This document shows, piece after piece, positions 57,701 through 64,000 of a stretch of 64,000 nt of DNA. The DNA is from an uncultured Candidatus Saccharibacteria bacterium (GTDB lineage Bacteria; Patescibacteriota; Minisyncoccia; Phycocordibacterales; DATDWN01), in contig CAZPGQ010000001.1 of NCBI GenBank assembly GCA_964586695.1, forward strand, positions 5,350-69,349, written 5' to 3'. Position numbers and translations under genes: made by a program. Position 1 is the stretch's first letter. Every line of letters begins with the position of its first letter. The notes under the pieces were generated by a model. It saw only the letters and a list, made by a program, of their open reading frames with translations, made no database searches and was not told where the DNA came from.

Positions 57701-58185
57701 CAGAAGCCGGACAAGTTGATTCCGAAATAATAGAAAGTATGAAAAAGGTTCGTGAAGTTGTAACTTCTGCTTTGGAGATAAGACAAAAGTCAGGACACAA
57801 AGTTCGACAACCTTTGGCGAAGCTTTCTATTCCAGAAAATCTGTCACAAAACTTACTCGATATCATTGCAGACGAGGTAAATGTAAAAGAAGTTGTGGTG
57901 GGTGGAAGCGAAGTAAAACTTGATACTGAACTAACAGAGGAATTAAAGAAAGAGGGAATTGCTAGGGATATCATTCGGGCTATTCAGGATGCTAGAAAGA
58001 AAGAAAACCTAAATCCAAATGATGCTATCAAAATTGTTATGTGCACTGACAAGAAGGAAATAGTAGATGGATACATGGAAATGATAAAATCTCCAACAGG
58101 TGTTAATGAAATATCTTATTCAGGAGACAAGCAAGCCTACCTGGTTGAGGTGGAGGGTAGTACTTCTTTCTCTGTGATAAAGTAG
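54769..58185 (+). CDS. ileS: Isoleucine--tRNA ligase (type 2) with inserted histidine-phosphatase domain
   Basis: EGPPTAN, ALHH, GWDTHGLP, WTTTPWTL, DQTRGWF, KMSKS; RHGE insert. Confidence 0.95.
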   Translation: MTEENKKGEVALKEEKILEFWNEKEIFKKTLDRKSTKGNFVFYEGPPTANAKPALHHLESRVFKDIIPRFKTMQGFYVRRKAGWDTHGLPVELQIEKKLGLKSKKEIEAYGVEKFNKECKDSVFQYIGDWEKFTDRIGYWVDKKDAYYTFDTPYIESVWNILKTVNEKGLLYKDYKVLPWCPRCGTALSSHELAQGYQDDKDLSVTAKFKIKGVDNGYFLAWTTTPWTLPGNVALAVGPDITYVEAKVGSEILVLAKERLSVLTEPYEIVAEHKGSECVGMEYEPLYPYMQKKFGDKNPEAFAKAFKVYSAEFVTTTDGTGIVHTAVMYGQDDFVLGNQIGLPKFHLVKDDGHYLDGMDFLSERFVKDEEVAVDVIKDLAHRGLLFNKEKYEHSYPHCWRCKTPLIYYARDSWYIAMSKLRGELLSENEGITWEPGHIKEGRFGEWLKEIKDWAISRERYWGTPLPIWKNEEGKIKVIGSVDDLKKFSKKSGNKYYIIRHGEGEHNVANIISSKKDDNFHLTEKGKEQVRVSAEFMKEKGITKIISSPFIRTTETAEIIREILGLDKSKLIFDERLSEHDLGDLNGKPISDYHKIAKTNEDIYEMKVGGGESLEDMKVRTGEFLYDVDKNNSNENILIVTHEHTTWALESAGKGLNKKDTASLRKEHQEFIKNAEIQNLDFVQMPHNSKYEIDLHKPYIDSVELVDEDGTTLTRVKEVMDVWFDSGAMPFAQDHFPWNEGEISYPADFISEAIDQTRGWFYTLHAIGVLMGKGKAYKNVICLGHILDSEGKKMSKSIGNIIDPWLMMDKYGVDALRLWMYTVNSPGDSKNFDEKTVDEIVKKVFNPLLNIVAFYELYKDETIVAHNKSENVLDKWILSRLNELIKNGTNSLEKFQVFESARPIRDFVNDFSTWYVRRSRERFKSDDKNEKGDALGTTLFVLKELSKYMAPFTPFFAEQVYQQIKVESDVESAHLCDWPEAGQVDSEIIESMKKVREVVTSALEIRQKSGHKVRQPLAKLSIPENLSQNLLDIIADEVNVKEVVVGGSEVKLDTELTEELKKEGIARDIIRAIQDARKKENLNPNDAIKIVMCTDKKEIVDGYMEMIKSPTGVNEISYSGDKQAYLVEVEGSTSFSVIK

Positions 58186-58190
58186 GAAAA

Positions 58191-58772
58191 ATGTCCTACC
58201 ACATCTACACAACAGAAGGGATCATTCTAAAGAGAGCTCCTTTTGGAGAGGCGAATTTGTTGTTGTATATTTTGACATCCGAACTAGGGCTTATTATTGC
58301 TTCGGCACGATCTGCTAGAGTATCTGCTTCAAAACTTCGCCCAGCATTGCAAGAATACGCCCACGTGTCTGTGTCTTGTGTTAAAGGGAAGGGTGGTTGG
58401 AAGGTTACAAATGTCGCGTCTATAGAGAACTATTTTTTTGAGTCACCAGAACATACACATAAAGTCATGGCGCAGATTGTGACTTTGCTAATTAAAATGA
58501 TGCCTGGTGAGGAGCGTCACACTGCAGTTTTTTCTTTGGTCAAAAGTGCCTTCACGGAAATAAAAAATATTGAAAAGGAGGGTCTAGAAAGTTTTGAGAT
58601 GTTGGTTGTTTTGAGGATTATGTTTGAGTTGGGTTATGTCGCAAAAAATAGTGAGATAGAAATATTTTTGAAAGATAATAATTGGGAAAATGATATTTTA
58701 AGGGAGGTGTCTGTTAATAGAAATATTTTACTTGGGGTTGTTAACAAGGCTATAAAAGAAAGTCAGCTGTAA
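58191..58772 (+). CDS. recO: DNA repair protein RecO (short)
   Basis: EGIILKR..FGEAN....T.ELG....A...R...SKLR..L. Confidence 0.8.
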   Translation: MSYHIYTTEGIILKRAPFGEANLLLYILTSELGLIIASARSARVSASKLRPALQEYAHVSVSCVKGKGGWKVTNVASIENYFFESPEHTHKVMAQIVTLLIKMMPGEERHTAVFSLVKSAFTEIKNIEKEGLESFEMLVVLRIMFELGYVAKNSEIEIFLKDNNWENDILREVSVNRNILLGVVNKAIKESQL

Positions 58773-58815
58773 ACTGCTAGAAAATAAAACTAGTCGTGTG
58801 TTATAATTATTGACT

Positions 58816-60723
58816 ATGGAACCAAACTCTGAAGAAAGTAGTATAGAGCGTTTAAAAAGGAATTTATATTCCCGAAATGAAAAACTTGTTCCTAAAGAAA
58901 AAAGGACTCCAGTTCCTGCACACGAAGTTGATGTGCAACAAAATTGGGGAACGAATACAAATTTCGATTTATCACCAGAAGCTATGGCAAAGAAAAACAA
59001 TTCATTTTTTAATAAGTTTTTGTTGGGTTCTCTAGTATTTTTCTTGCTATCTTTGGGTGTAGCTGCTTTTATTTTCTTTGGTGGGTTGAATATGATTTCT
59101 TCGAACAATCTAGATGTAAAAGTTACAGCTCCTAGTTCTGTTTCTTCAGGAGAAGAATTGCCTATAGGACTTTCTATTGTAAATGGTAATAGGACTGATT
59201 TGGAAGAAGTGTCGCTTTTTGTTGAGTATCCAGAAGGTTCGGAATCTGTAGAAGAACAGGGTAAAGATTTAACACGAGAAAAAATTCAATTGGGCATAAT
59301 CCCGAAAGGGAAGTCTGGAGAACATAATTTGAATGTTATTTTGTTTGGCGAAAAGGATGCAATAAAGACATTTACGTTTAGATTGGAATATAAAGTAAAA
59401 GGTTCCAATGCTGTATTTTCTAAAGAAAAAAAGTTTGATGTGATGATAAGTTCTTCTCCTTTATTGTTAGATGTATCATATCCAAAAGAAGTGAATTCCG
59501 GTCAAATAGTTAGTGTCACTATTGATCTTACTTCAAACTCTACTGTTCCTGTAAAGAATACTTTGATAAAAGTAGAATACCCATATGGTTTTACATACAA
59601 AGATTCAACAATGTCACCTTATAGAGATAATAATATTTGGAATCTTGGCGACCTAAAAGACGGTGATAAAAAAACTTTAACAATTCGAGGTATTCTTGTC
59701 GGCCAGAATCTTGAGGACAGATCATTTAGAGTTTCTGCTGGAGCCCAAAGCGCAGATAATTCAAAGGATTTTGATACAACTTTGGCAACAGGTATATTCA
59801 CTATGGGAATTAGAAAATCGTTTTATGATTTGACTGTAAGTTATAACCAGCAGTCAGCTCCCGTAGCCGGACAGTCTATCCCTGTTGATATAAGATGGCA
59901 GAACACATTACCTGATAAAATAATAAATAGTAATATTCAAGTTACTATTTCTGGAAATGCTTTTGATCGTAATCTTGTTTCTGCAAGTGCTGGAGGTTTT
60001 TATCGTTCAGTCGATAATACAATTATTTGGGACAAGAATAGTAATTCTAGTCTTGCAACCATATTGCCGGGGGATTCGAGTCAGGCTGGTTTTTCTGTAA
60101 CATCTTTTGTTGATATGACATCGGGTAAGTTGATTAAAAATCCTCATATTGATTTGCATATTGTTATTTCTGGAGATAGATCTGGATCCGATTCTTCTAC
60201 AGTTACTTCAGAGGAAGATATAACAATTAAAATCGCGACAAATATTGGTATAAAGGCAAAAACCCTAAGAGATGCTGGTCCTTTTACCAATACTGGACCA
60301 ATACCACCAAAAGCAGATAAAGAAACTACCTATACAATAACTTGGTCTTTATCAAACACTACAAATGATATTAAAAATACAGTAGTCACAACAACTTTGC
60401 CGGTAGGGGTAGAATGGAAAGCTGAAACATCTCCATCTGGTGAAAAATTATCATATGATCCAAGTTCAAGAGTTGTGACGTGGGCTGTTGGTAACGTTTC
60501 TGCTGGTGTGGGTTACGGGTATGCACCAAGAGAAGCTTCTTTTAAGGTCGGATTAACTCCAAGTATAAATCAAATTGGTACAAGTCCTATTCTGACAAGT
60601 TCAATTAACGTATCAGCAACAGATAGCTATACAGAAAAACAGGTTATTTCTTCTACGCAAGAATTAAATACAAGATATGTTGATGCTACTTTCATAAATG
60701 GTAGAGAAATCGTAGTCAAATAG
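58816..60723 (+). CDS. Single-TM protein with extracellular Ig-like repeats (DUF11-like)
   Basis: TM then beta-rich repeats (P.GF.Y..S...W.LG.L). Confidence 0.7.
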   Translation: MEPNSEESSIERLKRNLYSRNEKLVPKEKRTPVPAHEVDVQQNWGTNTNFDLSPEAMAKKNNSFFNKFLLGSLVFFLLSLGVAAFIFFGGLNMISSNNLDVKVTAPSSVSSGEELPIGLSIVNGNRTDLEEVSLFVEYPEGSESVEEQGKDLTREKIQLGIIPKGKSGEHNLNVILFGEKDAIKTFTFRLEYKVKGSNAVFSKEKKFDVMISSSPLLLDVSYPKEVNSGQIVSVTIDLTSNSTVPVKNTLIKVEYPYGFTYKDSTMSPYRDNNIWNLGDLKDGDKKTLTIRGILVGQNLEDRSFRVSAGAQSADNSKDFDTTLATGIFTMGIRKSFYDLTVSYNQQSAPVAGQSIPVDIRWQNTLPDKIINSNIQVTISGNAFDRNLVSASAGGFYRSVDNTIIWDKNSNSSLATILPGDSSQAGFSVTSFVDMTSGKLIKNPHIDLHIVISGDRSGSDSSTVTSEEDITIKIATNIGIKAKTLRDAGPFTNTGPIPPKADKETTYTITWSLSNTTNDIKNTVVTTTLPVGVEWKAETSPSGEKLSYDPSSRVVTWAVGNVSAGVGYGYAPREASFKVGLTPSINQIGTSPILTSSINVSATDSYTEKQVISSTQELNTRYVDATFINGREIVVK

Positions 60724-60776
60724 AATCTAATTTTCGGGTTTGAAAGTCCAAGCTTTATACGCTAGTATACTTACAT

Positions 60777-62114
60777 ATGGCTGAAACTTCAAAAAATAGT
60801 GAATTAATGGAGAAAATAGTATCTCTTTGTAAGAGACGCGGTTTTATATTTCAGGGTTCTGAGATATACGGTGGTTTTGCTGGCACTTGGGATTATGGTC
60901 CATATGGAGCAGAGCTTTCAAATAATATAAAAAATATTTGGTGGAAAATGTTCATATCTGACAGGGAAGATATGTATGGTGTTGATACTGCAATAATAAT
61001 GAACCCAAAAGCTTGGGAGGCGTCTGGACACGTGTCTGGTTTTTCTGATCCTTTAGTTGAGTGTCAAAAATGTCATCACAGGTTTAGATCAGACCAGTTA
61101 GAAGATAAAGCAAAATGTCCTGACTGCGGTGGAAATTTTGGCGAGGAAAAGCAGTTTAATATGATGTTTAAAACTCATGTTGGTGCTACAGAAGATGAAA
61201 GTTCTGTTGCATATTTACGACCTGAAACTGCTGGAGGTATGTTCGTTAACTTTAAAAACATAATGGATTCCATTCATCCAAAACTTCCTTTCGGTATGGG
61301 TCAGATAGGTAAGGCTTTTAGAAATGAAATAGCTCCAAGAGATTTTATTTTCCGTTCAAGAGAGTTTAAACAGATGGAGATAGAGTATTTTGTTGATCCA
61401 AGAGATGAGAAAAATGTAATGTCTATTTTTGACTCATGGTTTGATGAGCAAATGAATTTCCTAAAAGCTATAGGACTTACAGAAAGTAAATTACATAAAA
61501 TAGAGGTACCTGAAGCAGACAGAGCTTTTTATTCAAAGAGAAGTGTAGACACAGAATATGATTTTCCTTTCGGCCAGAAAGAGCTTTTGGGTTTGGCTTA
61601 TCGAACAGACTATGACTTGAAAAATCATTCTTCTGCTTCTGGTGTAGATCTTTCATATTTTGATGAAGAAACAAAAGAAAGAATAGTTCCCCATTGTATA
61701 GAACCAACTTTTGGATTAGAGAGGCTTGTTTTGGCTGTTATGTCTGATGCATATTCAGAAGAAGAAAAAGATGGTGAAGTAAGAGTATATTTAAAATTTA
61801 CTCCAAAAGTTGCCCCAGTTAAAATTGCAGTTTTCCCTCTACTTAAAAACAAGCCAGAGTTAGTGAATAAGGCGACAGAGGTTTACAAAACACTCAAAAA
61901 AGAATTCGGTGCAGTGATGTTTGACGATAACGGTAATATTGGAAAGAGATATCGAAGACAGGATGAAATAGGAACTCCTTGGTGTGTGACAGTTGATTTT
62001 GAGACAATAGAAAAAAACGCTGGTGTAACTGTTAGAGATAGAGATGCTGGTGAACAAAAAAGAATGACTATCGATGAACTTGTTGGATTTGTTAAGAAAG
62101 AATTATCTTCTTAG
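60777..62114 (+). CDS. glyQS: Glycine--tRNA ligase, homodimeric type
   Basis: KRRGF, DYGP.G, LRPETA, FRNEI, IEPTFG.ER, IGKRYRRQDEIGTP. Confidence 0.95.
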   Translation: MAETSKNSELMEKIVSLCKRRGFIFQGSEIYGGFAGTWDYGPYGAELSNNIKNIWWKMFISDREDMYGVDTAIIMNPKAWEASGHVSGFSDPLVECQKCHHRFRSDQLEDKAKCPDCGGNFGEEKQFNMMFKTHVGATEDESSVAYLRPETAGGMFVNFKNIMDSIHPKLPFGMGQIGKAFRNEIAPRDFIFRSREFKQMEIEYFVDPRDEKNVMSIFDSWFDEQMNFLKAIGLTESKLHKIEVPEADRAFYSKRSVDTEYDFPFGQKELLGLAYRTDYDLKNHSSASGVDLSYFDEETKERIVPHCIEPTFGLERLVLAVMSDAYSEEEKDGEVRVYLKFTPKVAPVKIAVFPLLKNKPELVNKATEVYKTLKKEFGAVMFDDNGNIGKRYRRQDEIGTPWCVTVDFETIEKNAGVTVRDRDAGEQKRMTIDELVGFVKKELSS

Positions 62115-62169
62115 TTCGTCATATGTTCCTGTGGTATAATTGTTAGATTATTAACTAAAACTAATTTAG

Positions 62170-63237
62170 ATGGAAATTAGAGAACAAAGCATAAGCATTA
62201 GTATTGGAACTATTATAAAGGCGATAGTCGTCGGTCTTTTGTTTGTCACTCTTTTTATACTTAAGGATTTGGTTTTGGTGTTGCTAGTCTCTATTGTGGT
62301 TGCATCTTCAGTTGAACCGGGCACTCAGTGGTTTATTCGGAGGAAAGTTCCGAGACTTTTTGCGGTTATCTTGATTTACCTTTTGATCGCTATTGCTTTT
62401 GCTTGTGTAGTATTTTTTCTCTTGATTCCGCTTCTGTCAGAGTCTGGGGATTTTTTGAAAAATTTTCCAGTTTACTTTAATGCCAGTGTGGTTTCTGACA
62501 CTATAGGGAACACAGGTTTTGTTGCTGATTTAACAAATAGTTTAAATATTGAAAAAGTAATTACACAGATAAATACTCTTGTAGCTACTGTTTCAGGCAA
62601 TGCCTTTGGTACTGTCACTACAGTTTTCGGAGGTCTTTTGAGTTTTTTCCTTATGACTATTTTGTCATTCTATCTTGCTGTAGAAGAAGATGGAGTAGGG
62701 AAGTTTTTGAAAGCTATTACTCCGCTTAAACATGAAAAGTATGTTGTTGCTCTTTGGCTGAGATCACAAAGAAAAATAGGTCTTTGGATGCAAGGACAAC
62801 TTGTTCTGGCAATAATAATCGGCATGCTTGTTTATCTTGGACTTTCTATTATCAATGTTCCGAACGCACTTTTACTAGCGTCTCTTGCCGCAGCATTCGA
62901 GATCATTCCTTTGTTTGGTCCAATATTGGCTTCTATACCAGCAGTTATGATATCTTTTGTTGCTGGAGGTTTCCCTTTGGCAATACTTGTAATAGGACTT
63001 TATCTTATTGTTCACCAGTTTGAAAATCAGTTAATTTACCCTTTGGTTGTAAAAAAGGTTGTGGGTGTATCTCCAATAGTTTCTATTATTGCTTTGGCTG
63101 CTGGTTGGGAATTGGCTGGGTTTGTCGGTCTTGTTCTTTCTGTGCCTATCGCTGCAGTGATAATTGAATTTCTTGATGATCTTGAAAAAAATAAAATAGA
63201 AAAAGTCGAGAGAATGATGAATAGTCAAAATAACTAG
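62170..63237 (+). CDS. AI-2E family transporter
   Basis: W..GQL, IPLFGP, QFENQLIYP, L.VPIAA. Confidence 0.9.
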   Translation: MEIREQSISISIGTIIKAIVVGLLFVTLFILKDLVLVLLVSIVVASSVEPGTQWFIRRKVPRLFAVILIYLLIAIAFACVVFFLLIPLLSESGDFLKNFPVYFNASVVSDTIGNTGFVADLTNSLNIEKVITQINTLVATVSGNAFGTVTTVFGGLLSFFLMTILSFYLAVEEDGVGKFLKAITPLKHEKYVVALWLRSQRKIGLWMQGQLVLAIIIGMLVYLGLSIINVPNALLLASLAAAFEIIPLFGPILASIPAVMISFVAGGFPLAILVIGLYLIVHQFENQLIYPLVVKKVVGVSPIVSIIALAAGWELAGFVGLVLSVPIAAVIIEFLDDLEKNKIEKVERMMNSQNN

Positions 63238-63255
63238 ACAGAATTTCTGAAAGAT

Positions 63256-64000
63256 ATGGATAAAAATTTTTATATTACTACTACATTACCGTACGTGAAC
63301 TCTGATCCTCACGTGGGTTTTGCTATGGAGTTAGTAAGAGCCGACATAATAGCTAGAAGCAAAAAACTTCAGGGTTACAATGTATTTTTTAATACAGGAA
63401 CAGACGAGCATGGTCAAAAGTTGTATACAGCGGCAAGAGATGCTGGTAAGGATGTAAAAGATTATGTTGACGGTTTTGCTGATGTTTTTAAAAAATTACC
63501 AAACGCTTTGGGAGTTTTGGAGGACATCCATTTTATACGAACGACAGATAGTCACCACGAAAAGGCTGCTCAAGAGTTCTGGAAAAGATGTTTTGATAAC
63601 GGATATATTTACAAAAAGAACTACACTACAAAGTATTGTGTTGGTTGTGAGCTAGAAAAAACAGACTCAGAGTTAGTGGATGGAAAGTGTCCACTTCACC
63701 CAAAGTTAGATATAGAAATGCGAGATGAAGAAAACTATTTCTTTAAGTTTTCTGCTTTTGGTGACAAGCTTTTGGATTTTTATAAATCAAATCCAAATTT
63801 TGTAGTTCCAGATTTTCGATACAACGAGATAAAATCTTTTGTAGAAAGGGGACTGGAGGATTTTTCTATTTCACGACTGAAGGAAAAAATGTCTTGGGGT
63901 ATCGCTGTACCTGGGGATGAAAATCACGTTATGTATGTTTGGTTTGATGCGCTTGTAAACTATATTTCTACACTTGGCTGGCCAGAAAATATCGATCAGT
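63256..64000 (+). CDS. metG: Methionine--tRNA ligase (3' truncated; missing from ORF track)
   Basis: MDKNFYITTTLPYVNSDPHVGFA, TGTDEHGQK, FIRTT, EENYFF, WGI, YVWFDAL.NY. Confidence 0.95.
   Translation, partial: MDKNFYITTTLPYVNSDPHVGFAMELVRADIIARSKKLQGYNVFFNTGTDEHGQKLYTAARDAGKDVKDYVDGFADVFKKLPNALGVLEDIHFIRTTDSHHEKAAQEFWKRCFDNGYIYKKNYTTKYCVGCELEKTDSELVDGKCPLHPKLDIEMRDEENYFFKFSAFGDKLLDFYKSNPNFVVPDFRYNEIKSFVERGLEDFSISRLKEKMSWGIAVPGDENHVMYVWFDALVNYISTLGWPENIDQ

Noticed and set aside
1-64000. CRISPR array or cas genes
   Set aside because: No tandem repeat-spacer pattern; the repeats seen are dispersed palindromes.

Overview
AT-rich, gene-dense bacterial chromosome segment. Gene content and style (reduced housekeeping set, type IV pilus genes, large LamG and Thr-rich surface proteins, IleRS with a phosphatase insertion, near-absence of Shine-Dalgarno sites) suggest Patescibacteria/Parcubacteria (CPR); this placement is an inference. 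It holds RNase P RNA, 7 tRNAs, an ileS T-box, repair and replication genes (ruvABC, recO, mutM, polA, holA), translation genes, a dTTP-synthesis cluster and pilB/pilMNO. No CRISPR, transposase, integrase or reverse transcriptase was seen. The most striking unexplained signal is non-coding. (1) A ~155-nt element follows tRNA-Lys and tRNA-Val, with a relic matching tRNA-His. It has an identical scaffold but tRNA-specific antisense arms, interrupted at the same tRNA position (64/65). (2) A ~200-nt element has a distal arm that is a perfect reverse complement of the 3' end of yebC. (3) A family of ~125-nt covarying hairpins starts exactly at stop codons. (4) Two promoter-driven orphan structured RNA candidates flank ruvB. 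(5) GC-rich, SD-led single-gene cassettes sit in an otherwise apparently leaderless genome. Structures were read by eye and not computed.
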